Counted from the first letter of the stretch, positions 9,005 to 19,471 are shown. The stretch is DNA of 64,000 nucleotides from an uncultured Actinomycetota bacterium (GCA_963790175.1 CAWBNM010000003.1:725065-789064), one strand, 5' to 3'. The notes: generated from the sequence alone by a model not told the origin. Numbers and translations are program-made.

Positions 9005-10442
9005 CCCGACCGGCGCTTCGGCTGCGCTGCGCCCGCTGCCGGGGTCGGCCGGTCAGCGTCACGACGAGCAGCGCGAGCACGACGGCGGTCGTGGTGAGCG
9101 CGGCACCGAGCAGCCCGGCGCCGGCGTCCGCGCCACGGTCCAGCGCGGTGGCGAGGCTGCCCAGCAGCGCGACGCCCAGCGCGATGCCGAGCTCGGCGGC
9201 GGTCTCGGAGATGCCGGAGGCGTTGCCGGCGCGCGCGGGGGGCGCGGCACCGACCATCCGGTCCGTGCACAGCGCGGTGACGACGCTGGTCGAGAGCGCC
9301 ACCAGCCCGAAGCCGGCGACCATCGGCGCGGCCTGCCCGCCCCGCGCCGTGGCCGCGAGCAGGACCGAGCCGACGGCGCCCACCACCAGGCCCACCGCGA
9401 TCGCGGTGGTCGGGTCGACGCGGCGCACCGCCCAGGGGGCGACCACGGACCCGGCCAGCCCGAGCGCGGCGGCAGGCAGGGTCACCAGCCCGGCCTCGAG
9501 CGGGCCCATGCCCAGCTCGAGCTGCAGCAGCCGGAGCAGGAGGTACTGCAGCCCTGCGAGGCAGAACAGCGCCCCGAGGTGGGTCACGACGGCGCGCGCG
9601 AAGGCCGGCTCGACGAGCATCGCGACGTCGAGGACAGGGGTGCGCAGGGTGCGCTGGCGCCGCACGAACACGACCCCGGCCGCCACCCCGCCGACGGCCG
9701 CGACGAGCGCGAGCGCCGGCCCGGGCCCCTCGCCGGCGCCGGCGGCCGCGAGCTGCTTGACCGCCCACACCACCGGGATCACCGCCGCCAGCGACAGCAC
9801 GACGCTCGCCGGGTCCAGCGGGTCGGGATCGCTGGCGCGGTGCTCGGGCAGCAGCACCGGTCCGACGACGAGCAGCAGCAGCATCACCGGGACGCCCATC
9901 AGGAACACCGAGCCCCACCAGAACTGCTCCAGCAGCACCCCGCCGACCAGCGGCCCCACCGCACCCCCGGTGCCGAGGCTGCCCATCCAGACCGCGATCG
10001 CGGTGGTCCGCTCGCGCGGGTCCTCGAACATGGTCCGGATCAACGAGAGCGTGGAGGGCATCAGGGTCGCGCCCGCGACCCCGAGCAGGGCGCGCGCCGC
10101 GATCAGCAGACCGGGCGTCGGGGCGAAGGCGGCCACCACCGAGACCACCGCGAACAGCGCCGCGCCGACCAGCAGCACCCGCCGTCGCCCGACCCGGTCG
10201 CCGAGCGTGCCCATCGTGAGCAGGAAGCCGGCGATCAGGAACCCGTAGACGTCGACGATCCACAGCAGCTGGGTCGGGGAGGGGTCGAGGTCGCGCGCCA
10301 GCACCGGCGCCGCGAGGTGGAGCACGGTCAGGTCGAGGGCGATGATGAACGTCGGCAGGGCGAGCACCGCGAGCCCCAGCCACTCCGTGCGTCCCGCGGA
10401 CCGCTCGACCGGCGCCCCGGTGCGCGGGTCCTGCGCGCTCAT
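8991..10442 (-). CDS. MFS drug-efflux transporter (DHA2/QacA-like)
   Basis: LDLTVLHLAAP, WIVDVY, GTLGDRVGRRR motif A, many TM helices. Confidence 0.9.
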   Translation of the reverse strand: MSAQDPRTGAPVERSAGRTEWLGLAVLALPTFIIALDLTVLHLAAPVLARDLDPSPTQLLWIVDVYGFLIAGFLLTMGTLGDRVGRRRVLLVGAALFAVVSVVAAFAPTPGLLIAARALLGVAGATLMPSTLSLIRTMFEDPRERTTAIAVWMGSLGTGGAVGPLVGGVLLEQFWWGSVFLMGVPVMLLLLVVGPVLLPEHRASDPDPLDPASVVLSLAAVIPVVWAVKQLAAAGAGEGPGPALALVAAVGGVAAGVVFVRRQRTLRTPVLDVAMLVEPAFARAVVTHLGALFCLAGLQYLLLRLLQLELGMGPLEAGLVTLPAAALGLAGSVVAPWAVRRVDPTTAIAVGLVVGAVGSVLLAATARGGQAAPMVAGFGLVALSTSVVTALCTDRMVGAAPPARAGNASGISETAAELGIALGVALLGSLATALDRGADAGAGLLGAALTTTAVVLALLVVTLTGRPRQRAQRSRSAGRVRAG

Positions 10443-10513
10443 CGTCGGCTCACGCCGGTCGACGCTACCCGGCCGCGGCGGCTCGACCCGCCCACCCTCC
10501 TAGGCTGGCGCCC

Positions 10514-12493
10514 GTGCCCGAAGCCCAGCCCGGACAGCCCGCGCAGCCCGCCGACGTCCGCGCCGCCCTCGCCGCGCTGCAGGACCACGAGGCGTGGGCG
10601 GTGATCCGCCGCTCGACCCGCGCGGGCGACCGCGACACGGTCGGCCTGGTCGGTGGCCGGCGGAGCGTGGTCGCCTCGCTGCTCGACGTCCCGCTCGAGG
10701 ACGGGCCCCCGGCGGCGGACCACGTCGCCGACCGGCTGCTGGCGGTGCCGTTCCGCCAGGTCGCCGAGCGCGGCTTCGAGGCCCACGACGACGGCGCTCC
10801 GCTGGTCGTGGTCGACGTGGAGGTCGAGCACGAGTTCTCCGTCGCCGAGGTGGTCGCGGCGATCGACGACGTGGAGGTGACCTTCACCGACCGGGGCGGC
10901 TTCGAGACCGGCGACGACGACTACGCCGCGCTGGTGCGCACGATCATCGACGACGAGATCGGCCAGGGCGAGGGGGCCAACCTGGTCGTCGGCCGCCACT
11001 ACCGCGCGCAGGTGGCCGACTGGGGTCCCGACCGCGCCCTGGCCGTGCTGCGCCGGCTGCTCGAGCGCGAGCGCGGCGCGTACTGGACCTTCTGCTTCTT
11101 CACCGGCGACCGCTACCTGATCGGCGCCACGCCCGAGCGCCACGTGAGCGTCCACGACGGGGACGTCCGGATGAACCCGATCAGCGGCACCTTCCGGATC
11201 CCGCGCGACGCCGCGCCGGGGGAGCTGCGGTCGCGGCTGCTCGACTTCCTGCGCGACGAGAAGGAGATCTACGAGCTCTTCATGGTCGTCGACGAGGAGC
11301 TGAAGATGATGTGCGACCTCTGCTCCGAGGGCGGCCAGGTGCTCGGGCCGTTCCTGAAGCCGATGAGCCGCCTGGTGCACACCGAGTACCTCCTGGCGGG
11401 GCGCAGCGCCCGCGACCCGCGCGAGGTGCTGCGCGAGACCATGTACGCCGCCACCGTCACCGGCTCGCCCGTCGAGAACGCGTGCCGGTTGATCAAGCGC
11501 TACGAGACCTCCGGCCGCGGCTACTACGGCGCGGCGCTGGCGATCCTCGGCCGCGACGCGGGCGGCGGCCCCGTGGTGGACAGCCCGATCGTGATCCGCA
11601 CCGCCGACGTCGACCTCGACGGCCGGCTGACGGTGACCGCCGGGGCCACGCTGGTGCGGGACTCCGACCCGGACCACGAGGTCGCCGAGACCCACGCCAA
11701 GGCCGGGGGCATCCTCTCGGCGTTCGGGCTGGTGCCCCCCGCCCCGGTCCCCGAGGTGGACCTCGCCGAGCTCGTCGCCGACGAGGACGTGCTGGTCGCG
11801 CTCAACGCGCGCAACCGGCGGCTGTCGGGCTTCTGGCTCACCGACCAGGACGACGCCGCGCCCGACCCCCGGCTCGCCGGGCGCCGCGTCGTGGTGCTGG
11901 ACGGCGAGGACGACTTCGTCAACATGCTGCGCCACCTGCTCGCGGTGATGGGGCTGACCAGCGAGGTCGTCCGCCACGAGGAGCTGCCCGAGGACCCGGC
12001 GGCCTACGACGGGTTCTTCGACGGCCACGACCTCGTGGTGGTCGGGCCCGGCCCGGGCGACCCCCGCGACGACGGGGACCCCAAGATGCGTCGGCTGCGG
12101 GCCGCGGTGCGCGCGCTGCTCGACCAGGGCCGGCCGTTCCTCGCCGTCTGCCTCGGCCACCAGGCGCTCTGCCACGAGCTGGGCGTGCCGCTGGCCTACA
12201 AGGACATCGTCTTCCAGGGCGTGCAGTCGCCGGTGGTGCTCGACGGGCGGCGCGAGCGGGTCGGCTTCTACAACACCTTCGTCGGGCGCCCCGACGCCGC
12301 GACCTCGCTGCCCGACGGGGTCGAGCTCGACGTCGACGAGCGCACCGGCGACGTCGACGCGGTGCGGGGCCCGCACTACCGCGGCATCCAGTTCCACGCC
12401 GAGTCGATCCTCACCGAGCGCGGCTACGACCTGGTCCACGACCTCGTCGTCACCCTGCTGGAGCCCGGGACCGGGGACCCGGTCAGCGGCTGA
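10514..12493 (+). CDS. Fused chorismate-binding + glutamine amidotransferase (PhzE/TrpE(G) anthranilate/ADIC synthase family)
   Basis: GEGANLV, GAYWTF, MNPISGT, ELFMVVDEELKMM, HTEY, TVTGSPVENAC, GPGPGDP, AVCLGHQ, QFHAES. Confidence 0.92.
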   Translation: MPEAQPGQPAQPADVRAALAALQDHEAWAVIRRSTRAGDRDTVGLVGGRRSVVASLLDVPLEDGPPAADHVADRLLAVPFRQVAERGFEAHDDGAPLVVVDVEVEHEFSVAEVVAAIDDVEVTFTDRGGFETGDDDYAALVRTIIDDEIGQGEGANLVVGRHYRAQVADWGPDRALAVLRRLLERERGAYWTFCFFTGDRYLIGATPERHVSVHDGDVRMNPISGTFRIPRDAAPGELRSRLLDFLRDEKEIYELFMVVDEELKMMCDLCSEGGQVLGPFLKPMSRLVHTEYLLAGRSARDPREVLRETMYAATVTGSPVENACRLIKRYETSGRGYYGAALAILGRDAGGGPVVDSPIVIRTADVDLDGRLTVTAGATLVRDSDPDHEVAETHAKAGGILSAFGLVPPAPVPEVDLAELVADEDVLVALNARNRRLSGFWLTDQDDAAPDPRLAGRRVVVLDGEDDFVNMLRHLLAVMGLTSEVVRHEELPEDPAAYDGFFDGHDLVVVGPGPGDPRDDGDPKMRRLRAAVRALLDQGRPFLAVCLGHQALCHELGVPLAYKDIVFQGVQSPVVLDGRRERVGFYNTFVGRPDAATSLPDGVELDVDERTGDVDAVRGPHYRGIQFHAESILTERGYDLVHDLVVTLLEPGTGDPVSG

Positions 12494-13956
12494 CGACGTC
12501 CCGCGAGCGGGTCGCCCCGGGGTCGGCGTCCTCGGCCGCGACGTGCGGGGACCGGGCCTGCCCCGGGAGCCGCAGCACCAGCCGGGCGCCGCCCGCCGGG
12601 GAGGCGTGCACGGCCAGCTCACCGCTGTGCCGGTCGGCGGCCTGCTGCACGATCGAGAGGCCCAGGCCGGAGCCCGGCATCGACCGCGACTCCTCCGCGC
12701 GCCAGAACCGCTCGAAGACGTGGGGCCGGTCGTCCTCGGCGATCCCGGGGCCCTCGTCGTCGACGGTGAGCGTGCCGTCGCGCAGCGCGACGGTGACCGT
12801 GCCCCCGGACGGGCTCCACTTGGCGGCGTTGTCGAGCAGGTTGGTGGCCGCGCGCTCGAGGGCGGCGGCGTCGCCGACCACCCACCACGGCGCGAGGTCG
12901 GCGTCCAGGCGGACCCCCGGGGCCCGCAGCCGCACCCGGGCGACGGCGTGCTCGACGACCTCGGCGAGGTCCAGCGGCTCGACGGAGGGCGCCACGCCGT
13001 CGTCGCGCGCGAGCTGCACCAGGTCGCCGATCAGGTTCGTCAGCTCCTCGATCTGGGCGCGGACGTCCTCGAGCAGCTCGCGGCGCGCGGACGCGGAGAG
13101 CTCCAGGCCGTCCTGCCCGGCCTCGGCCTGGCTGAGCAGCTCGAGGTTGGTGCGCAGCGACGTCAGCGGGGTGCGCAGCTCGTGGCCGGCGTCCGCGACG
13201 AGCCGGCGCTGGCGGTCCCGGGAGGCGCCGAGCGCCGCGAGCACCTGGTTGAACGCCGTGGCGAGGCGGGCGATCTCGTCGTCCCCCTCGACCTCGAGCG
13301 GTGTCAGGTCCTCGGTGCGGGCCATCCCCTCCGCGGAGCGGGTGAGGCGGCGCACCGGGCGCAGCCCGTTGCTGGCCACCACCCAGCCGGCCGCGCCCGC
13401 GACGACCACGCCGATCAGGCCGAAGACGCTCATCACCACGCCCAGCCTGGAGAGCACCTGCTGCTGCGACTCCAGCGACTGCGCGATCAGCAGCGCCGTG
13501 CCGTCGTCGCGGCGAGGGCACGGCGGCGATCCGGTAGTCCTCCCCGGTCCTGGCCGCGACCGTGCGCAGGCTCGAGGACCGGTCGCCGTCGGCGACCTGG
13601 ACCTCCGGCGGCCGCGTGCCCAGCGACAGCGGCGGCCCGTAGTCGTAGGTGTGGACCCGGGCGTCGTCGGCGTAGAGGAAGGCGATCCGCACGTCGGCGG
13701 CGCCGAGGGCGGCGGAGGGGACCCGCGCGGTGGTCAGCTGCGCCAACGCGTCCGAGGCGGCGGCCTCGCGGGCGCGGGTCATCAGCGACTCGTCGAGGGT
13801 GGCCTGGAGCTGCATCCGCACGGTGAGGAAGGCGCCCAGCGCGACGAAGGCCACCGCGAGGCCGACCGCGACGGTGGTCAGGCCGATCACCCGGCTGGCC
13901 AGCGAGCGTCGGTAGCGCCACCGCTCCAGCCGTGGCGCCACGAGCCGGGGGATCAT
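12483..13956 (-). CDS. mprB: HAMP sensor histidine kinase MprB-like, frameshift near 13510
   Basis: N-terminal TM in ORF ending 13956; [38 protein letters not shown] in ORF 12483..13457. Confidence 0.8.
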
Positions 13957-14675
13957 GCTTCCTTCAGCACGTAGCCGATGCCGCGCACCGTGTGCAGCAG
14001 CCGCGGCTCGCCGCCGGACTCGGTCTTGCGGCGCACGTAGCCGACGTAGACCTCGAGGGAGTTCGCGCTCGTCGGGAAGTCGAAGCCCCAGACCTCCTCG
14101 AGGATGAAGGACCGCTCGAGGACCCGCCGAGGTCGGCGCAGGAACATCTCCAGCAGCGCGAACTCGGTGCGGGTCAGGTCGATCCGGCGCTCACCGCGGG
14201 TCACCTCGCGGGTCGCGACGTCCATGCTCAGGTCGGCGAAGGAGAGGACCTCCTCGTCGGCGTCGCGACCGGGCACGGTGCGCCGCAGCAGCGCGCGGAT
14301 CCGGGCCAGCAGCTCCTGGAGCGCGAACGGCTTGGTCAGGTAGTCGTCGGCCCCGGCGTCGAGACCCTCCACCCGGTCGCCGACGGCATCGCGCGCGGTG
14401 AGCACCAGCAGCGGGACGTCGTTGCCCGCGGCGCGCAGGGCGCGGGTGGCCTCGAGACCGTCGAGGCGCGGCATCATCACGTCCATCACGACCACGGCCG
14501 GGTCGGTCTCCCCGATCACCGCGAGCGCCTCGGCGCCGTCGGCGGCCAGGCGCACCTGGTAGCCGTTGAACTCCAGCGAGCGCCGCAGCGACTCGCGGAC
14601 CGCGCGGTCGTCCTCGACGACCAGCACGCGGGGTCGATCGCCCGCGCCCACGGTCCCGCTGCTGCCCGGCTTCAC
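13953..14675 (-). CDS. mprA: OmpR-family response regulator MprA-like
   Basis: [51 protein letters not shown]; MprA box upstream. Confidence 0.88.
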   Translation of the reverse strand: MKPGSSGTVGAGDRPRVLVVEDDRAVRESLRRSLEFNGYQVRLAADGAEALAVIGETDPAVVVMDVMMPRLDGLEATRALRAAGNDVPLLVLTARDAVGDRVEGLDAGADDYLTKPFALQELLARIRALLRRTVPGRDADEEVLSFADLSMDVATREVTRGERRIDLTRTEFALLEMFLRRPRRVLERSFILEEVWGFDFPTSANSLEVYVGYVRRKTESGGEPRLLHTVRGIGYVLKEA

Positions 14676-14697
14676 CCCTCCACTGTGCCAGCCACGG

Positions 14698-14714
14698 CTG
14701 AGCCCGACCTGAGA
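14698..14714 (-). promoter_or_regulatory. MprA box (autoregulatory)
   Basis: Minus strand TCTCAG-N5-GCTCAG direct hexamers, then CACAGT -10 before GTG 14675. Confidence 0.7.
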
Positions 14715-14808
14715 GCCGATGCCCCCGGGAGCACCGTGCCGGAGCAGCCCACTGGTCTAGCATCGCCGCACCGCGGGCCCGGTGGCCCGCTGTGGGGGGA
14801 AACGCTGC

Positions 14809-15360
14809 ATGGCCCGACAGGACTCGGGCCCGGTCGTGGGCCGGGTCCCGCTCGTGGCGTCCCTGCTCGCCGTCGTGGTCGCCGGCGCCACCGTGATCGC
14901 CCTGGACCCGACCGCCGGGACCGAGGCCAGCCCCGATCGGGCGCGCACGGCGAGCGCCTCGCCGTCGACGTCGCCGTCCGCCTCGCCGTCGATGTCGGCC
15001 CTGCCCTCACCGGGCGTGCCCACCGGTCGACCGGGCCGGCCACCGCGTGCCCGGTTGGCCGAGCCGGACCTGCGGGCCCGCCACGGCGACCGGTCGGTCC
15101 TGGTCCTGCTGGACGCCTCGCGCAGCACCGACCCCGACGGTGACGACCTGACCTACCGGTGGGACCTCGACGGCGACGGCGCGACCGACGACGCGACCGG
15201 TGCGACGCCGCGGTTCGTCCTGCGCGACCGGGGACGGCACCGGGTCGTCGTCGTGGTCGGTGACGGCACGGGCCGCGCCGACCGCGCCGGGGTGGTGCTG
15301 CGTCCCCGCACCGACGCGGTCGAGCGCGCGCCGGCGGCACGGGGTCGCCGCCCCTGCTAG
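14809..15360 (+). CDS. Secreted/anchored PKD-like domain protein
   Basis: N-terminal hydrophobic segment, Ser/Pro linker, LDASRSTDPDGDDLTYRWDLDGDG. Confidence 0.7.
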   Translation: MARQDSGPVVGRVPLVASLLAVVVAGATVIALDPTAGTEASPDRARTASASPSTSPSASPSMSALPSPGVPTGRPGRPPRARLAEPDLRARHGDRSVLVLLDASRSTDPDGDDLTYRWDLDGDGATDDATGATPRFVLRDRGRHRVVVVVGDGTGRADRAGVVLRPRTDAVERAPAARGRRPC

Positions 15361-16214
15361 CGGTAGCGCTGCGCGGCGCGGACGGCGCGGTCGCCGTAAC
15401 CGCCGCCGAACAGGCAGGCGTGCACCAGCAACGGGAACAGCTGGTGGAGCGCGACGCGGTCCTCCCAGCCGGCGGCGAGCGGGTGGGCCGCGTCGTACGC
15501 CTCGAGCACCCGCGGCAGGTGGGGCAGGCCGAACAGGGCCAGCATCGCGAGGTCGGTCTCGCGGTGGCCGGCGTGGGCGGCGGGGTCGATCAGCCGGGCG
15601 CCCCCGTCGGCCCACAGCACGTTGCCGTTCCACAGGTCGCCGTGCAGCCGGGCGGGCGGCTCCTCCGGCACGAGGTCGCCGAGGCGGGGGAGCAGCGCCT
15701 CGATCGCCGCCGCCCCGGTGTCGTCCACGGCGCCGCGGTCGCGGGCGCCTCGCAGGTAGGGCAGCACCCGGCGGGAGGCGTAGAACTCCGCCCAGGTCGG
15801 CGCCGCCCCGTTCGGCAGCGGCAGGGTGGCGATCCACCCGTCCTCCTCGCCACCGAGGGCCGGGGCCCCCGCGGCGTGGGTGCGGGCCAGGCGGCGCCCG
15901 AGGTCGGCGGCGGCGACCTCGGTCGGGCGGACCTGCTCGACCCAGCGCAGCACGAGCGCGTCCTCGGCGACGGCGAGCACCTCGGGCACCAGCGCCCCGC
16001 CCTCGACCCCGCCCAGCCACCGCAGCCCGGCCGCCTCCCGGGCGAAGAGCCCCGCGGGCGGGCGGGAGAGGGTCTTGATGACCGCGGAGGTGCCGTCGGA
16101 GAGCCGCAGCTTGGTCGTGGTCGCGACGTCGCCCCCCGCGAGCGGCGAGGCCGACACCACCGCCCGGCCGAGCAGCTGCTCCGCGCGCCGGCTGGCCGCC
16201 GTCGCCCGGCTCAC
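15357..16214 (-). CDS. Fructosamine kinase family protein
   Basis: EAAGLRWL, RLHGDLWNGN, LIDPAAHAGHRETDLAML; GTGA coupling to upstream gene. Confidence 0.9.
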   Translation of the reverse strand: MSRATAASRRAEQLLGRAVVSASPLAGGDVATTTKLRLSDGTSAVIKTLSRPPAGLFAREAAGLRWLGGVEGGALVPEVLAVAEDALVLRWVEQVRPTEVAAADLGRRLARTHAAGAPALGGEEDGWIATLPLPNGAAPTWAEFYASRRVLPYLRGARDRGAVDDTGAAAIEALLPRLGDLVPEEPPARLHGDLWNGNVLWADGGARLIDPAAHAGHRETDLAMLALFGLPHLPRVLEAYDAAHPLAAGWEDRVALHQLFPLLVHACLFGGGYGDRAVRAAQRYR

Positions 16215-16747
16215 GCCCGGTCCTGCGGTCCGGGGGACGGCCCGAGCAGCGCTCCCAGCTGCCCGACGAGGACGTCCGAGACCCGGTGCACCGTGCTCAG
16301 GACGTCGGCGAACCCCGCGGCGCCGCCGTGGTACGGGTCGGGCACGTCGGCGCCGGGCGCCTCGGGGTCCAGCGACCGGAACAGCCGCACCCGGTCGGGC
16401 TCGGGCGGGTCGAGCGCCAGGACGTCGCGCAGGTTGGCGGCGTCCATGGCCAGCAGCAGGTCGTGGGCGAACCAGGACGGGTCCGCGGGGTCGAGGTGCC
16501 GGGCGCGGTGGTGGCTCGGGTCCAGCCCGTCGGCCCGCAGCGCCGCGGCGGCGCGGCGGTCCATCGGCCCGCCGACGTGCCAGTCGCCGGTGCCGCAGGA
16601 GGCGAGGGCGACGCGGTCCGCGAGCCCGGCGCGCTCGACGGCGTCGGCGAGGACCACCTCGGCGGTCGGGGAGCGGCAGATGTTGCCCAGGCACACCAGC
16701 GCGACGGCGTAGCGGCCCGGGGTGCGGGGCGCCGGGAGGGCGCTCAC
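16211..16747 (-). CDS. Low-molecular-weight protein-tyrosine phosphatase
   Basis: VCLGNICRSP P-loop, DVPDPY. Confidence 0.93.
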   Translation of the reverse strand: MSALPAPRTPGRYAVALVCLGNICRSPTAEVVLADAVERAGLADRVALASCGTGDWHVGGPMDRRAAAALRADGLDPSHHRARHLDPADPSWFAHDLLLAMDAANLRDVLALDPPEPDRVRLFRSLDPEAPGADVPDPYHGGAAGFADVLSTVHRVSDVLVGQLGALLGPSPGPQDRA

Positions 16748-17142
16748 CGCCGGTCCCCGTCGTCGAGCGCGGCGTCCAGCGCCCAGGTGACGAGGCTGAT
16801 GACGAGCGCCCCGCCGACCGCGGACCAGAAGCCGTCGATGCGGAAGCCCAGCCCCACCTGGTCGGCCAGCCAGCCGGCGAGCAGCAGCACCGCGGCGTTC
16901 ACCACCAGCAGGAACAGCCCCAGCGTGAGCAGGACCAGCGGGAACGAGAGCACCGTGAGCACCGGCTTGACGACCGCCGTGACCACGCCGAGGACGAGGG
17001 CCACGGCCAGCAGCGGGAGCGCCTTGGCCTCCACCTCCGCCATCCCCTGCCGGGGCCCGGGCAGGCTGATGCCGTCCAGCAGCCAGGTCGCCGCGGCGAG
17101 CGCGGCGGCCGTGGTCAGCAGCCAGGTCACGACGCGGGTCAC
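16744..17142 (-). CDS. YvlD/DUF360 4-TM membrane protein ('phage holin family')
   Basis: VVKPVLTVLSFP..LTLGLFLLVVNA, GFWSA. Confidence 0.85.
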   Translation of the reverse strand: MTRVVTWLLTTAAALAAATWLLDGISLPGPRQGMAEVEAKALPLLAVALVLGVVTAVVKPVLTVLSFPLVLLTLGLFLLVVNAAVLLLAGWLADQVGLGFRIDGFWSAVGGALVISLVTWALDAALDDGDRR

Positions 17143-17173
17143 CGGCCCATCCTCCCAGCCGGCCGCACCGGCC

Positions 17174-17863
17174 TCACCCCAGCCCGAGGGCCCGGATGAC
17201 CTGCACCTCGGCGTCCTCCAGGTGGGCGCGCAGGAACTCCGCGGCGCCGTCGACGTCGTCGGCCTCGAGCAGGTCGACCAGCGCGGCGTGGTTCTCGGCC
17301 TGGTCGTGGGTGTTGCGCCGGATCCGGTCGACCTGGGCCAGCGCCAGCTTGAGCTCGGTCATCAGCGCCTCGGCCGCCCCGACCAGCCGGGGGCTGCCGG
17401 TGAGCTCGACCAGCGAGACGTGGAAGGCCAGGTGGAGCTCGTTCAGCGCGCGGAAGGAGTCCCCGGCCGCCACCGCGTCGGTGTAGCGCGTCAGCGCCTC
17501 GCGGACCCCGCGCCGAGCGGTGCTCGTCGCCTCGCGCCACGCCCGGACCCCGGCCCCCTCCAGCACCCACCGGGCGCGGCAGACGTCGCGGACCGAGGCG
17601 GCGGCCGGGCGGGCCACGGACACGCCCCGGTGCGGCTCACGGGTCACGAGGCTCTCGGCGACCAGCACGGTCAGCGCCTCGCGCACCGTCGAACGGGAGA
17701 CCCCGAGCGAGCCCGCGAGCGCGACCTCGCGCAGCGGCGTCCCCGACTCCAGCTCGCCCTCGAGCACGGCCCGCCGCAGCTCCTCGGCGACGCGGTCGAC
17801 GGTCGAGGAGTGCTCGAGGTGGAGGGTGGCGAAGGCGGCCGGCTGCCCGGGCATGGCGACCAT
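17174..17863 (-). CDS. GntR (FCD) transcriptional regulator
   Basis: LREVALAGSLGVSRSTVREAL HTH, FH..LV FCD motif; start 17863 or 17854. Confidence 0.9.
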   Translation of the reverse strand: MVAMPGQPAAFATLHLEHSSTVDRVAEELRRAVLEGELESGTPLREVALAGSLGVSRSTVREALTVLVAESLVTREPHRGVSVARPAAASVRDVCRARWVLEGAGVRAWREATSTARRGVREALTRYTDAVAAGDSFRALNELHLAFHVSLVELTGSPRLVGAAEALMTELKLALAQVDRIRRNTHDQAENHAALVDLLEADDVDGAAEFLRAHLEDAEVQVIRALGLG

Positions 17864-17925
17864 CGTGCCGCATCCGGCGGGTCGATTTGTCCCGCGGGCC
17901 CGCGGCGGGCACACTCGTCCTGTCT

Positions 17926-17940
17926 GATTGTCCGACAATC
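17926..17940. promoter_or_regulatory. Candidate GntR operator
   Basis: Perfect palindrome GATTGTC-C-GACAATC between the divergent genes. Confidence 0.7.
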
Positions 17941-17973
17941 CGGGTCGGGCGGCGAGCGGTGGAGGTGCGGGAG

Positions 17974-18861
17974 ATGGACGAGCTGTCGTGGGGCCGGCAC
18001 TACCTGGCCGTCGAGCCGACCGCGTTCCGGGTCGACTACGCGATCAACCCGTTCATGGACCCCACCGACCAGCCGGACCCCGCCCTGGCCCACGCGCAGT
18101 GGAGCGAGCTGGTCGCGGTGCTGCGCGGTCTCGGCGCCCGCGTCGACGTGCTCGCCCAGCGCGAGGACGCCCCCGACATGGTCTACGCGATGAACCTCGG
18201 CCTCGCGGTGCAGGATCCCGGGGGCGCGCGCGTGGTGGTGTCCCACATGCGCTTCGAGCAGCGGCGGGTGGAGACCCCGGCGGCCGCAGCCTGGTTCGCC
18301 GACCACGGCTTCGCGCCGACCTGGGTCGGCCGCGACGGCGTGGGCCCCCACCTGGAGTCCGGCGACGCGTTCGCCTTCGGCGGCGACCTGGTCGTCGGCA
18401 CCGGGCCCCGCACCGAGGAGCTCGCGCTCAAGGCGCTGGCCACCGAGCTGGGCGTCCGGGTGCGCGGGCTGCGCACCACCCACCCGGGGATGTACCACCT
18501 CGACCTGGCCTTCTGCCCCCTGGACGAGCGCCGCGCCCTGGTCTGCCCCGACGCGCTCGACCGGGCCTCCGCGACCGCGCTGCTCGACCTCGTGCCCGAG
18601 CCGCTGGTGCTGAGCGAGGTGGAGGCCCTGTCGACGTTCTGCGCCAACTCCGTGGTCGTCGGCCGGACCGTGGTGATGCCGGCCTGCCCGCCGCGCGTGC
18701 GCCGGCAGCTCGAGGAGTGGGGCTTCGAGGTCGTGGTCGTCGAGGTCGGGGAGTTCCACAAGGGCGGCGGCTCGATCCGCTGCCTGACCAACCCGCTCGA
18801 CGTCCGGCTGGGCCGCGACCTCGCGCCGGTCGCCGGCGGCGAGGTGCTCCTCCCGGCCTGA
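17974..18861 (+). CDS. Amidinotransferase/DDAH superfamily enzyme (ArgZ N-domain-like)
   Basis: FRVDYAINPFM, PDMVY, ESGD, YHLDLAFCPL, EFHKGGGSIRCLT; GGAGG RBS. Confidence 0.88.
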   Translation: MDELSWGRHYLAVEPTAFRVDYAINPFMDPTDQPDPALAHAQWSELVAVLRGLGARVDVLAQREDAPDMVYAMNLGLAVQDPGGARVVVSHMRFEQRRVETPAAAAWFADHGFAPTWVGRDGVGPHLESGDAFAFGGDLVVGTGPRTEELALKALATELGVRVRGLRTTHPGMYHLDLAFCPLDERRALVCPDALDRASATALLDLVPEPLVLSEVEALSTFCANSVVVGRTVVMPACPPRVRRQLEEWGFEVVVVEVGEFHKGGGSIRCLTNPLDVRLGRDLAPVAGGEVLLPA

Positions 18862-18891
18862 CCCACCGCCGCGGGTCGTAGCCTGCTGCCG

Positions 18892-19449
18892 ATGTTCCCG
18901 GTGGGTGGTTACGACGTGATGGCGCTGGGGGCGCTCCTGGCCGGAGCCGTCCTGGCGCTCCTCGGCTGGGGGCTGTCGCGCCGGCTCGGGATCTCCGGGT
19001 GGGCCGCCGCGGGCCTGCTGTGGACCCTCGTGGTGATCGCGCTGGTGACGCTGATCCCCGCCGACCCCGATCCCGGCGTGGTCCTCGCCCAGGACCGGAT
19101 GGCCGGCTGCTCCTTCGACATCGGCGGCCCGGCCCCCGACGGGTTCTGGATCTTCTCCGGGGGTCAGCGGCTGCTCAACACCGTGGCCTTCGTGCCCTCG
19201 GGCGCGCTGCTCGTGGTCGCCGCCGCCCGCTGGCGCTCGGCGTGGTTGACGGTCCCGGCGGGGCTGGTGGCGCTGGCGGCGTACTCGGTGGCCATCGAGG
19301 CCGTCCAGCTCGAGCTGGCCCGGCTGGACCGGGCGTGCGACGCCACCGACGTCATCGACAACGTCACCGGGGCGGTGGTCGGCGTCGGCCTGGGGATCCT
19401 GGCCGCCCTGGTGCTGCGGCCCTGGCGGGACCGGCGGGACCGCCGGTAG
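18892..19449 (+). CDS. VanZ family membrane protein
   Basis: [32 protein letters not shown]. Confidence 0.8.
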   Translation: MFPVGGYDVMALGALLAGAVLALLGWGLSRRLGISGWAAAGLLWTLVVIALVTLIPADPDPGVVLAQDRMAGCSFDIGGPAPDGFWIFSGGQRLLNTVAFVPSGALLVVAAARWRSAWLTVPAGLVALAAYSVAIEAVQLELARLDRACDATDVIDNVTGAVVGVGLGILAALVLRPWRDRRDRR

Positions 19450-19471
19450 CGGGCGAACTAGCCTGCTGGGC

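Noticed and set aside
16744-17142. 'Phage holin' as evidence of a prophage
   Set aside because: YvlD/DUF360 membrane protein in a housekeeping operon; no phage genes nearby
18892-19449. VanZ as a glycopeptide-resistance locus
   Set aside because: Widespread family; no vanHAX or vanRS present
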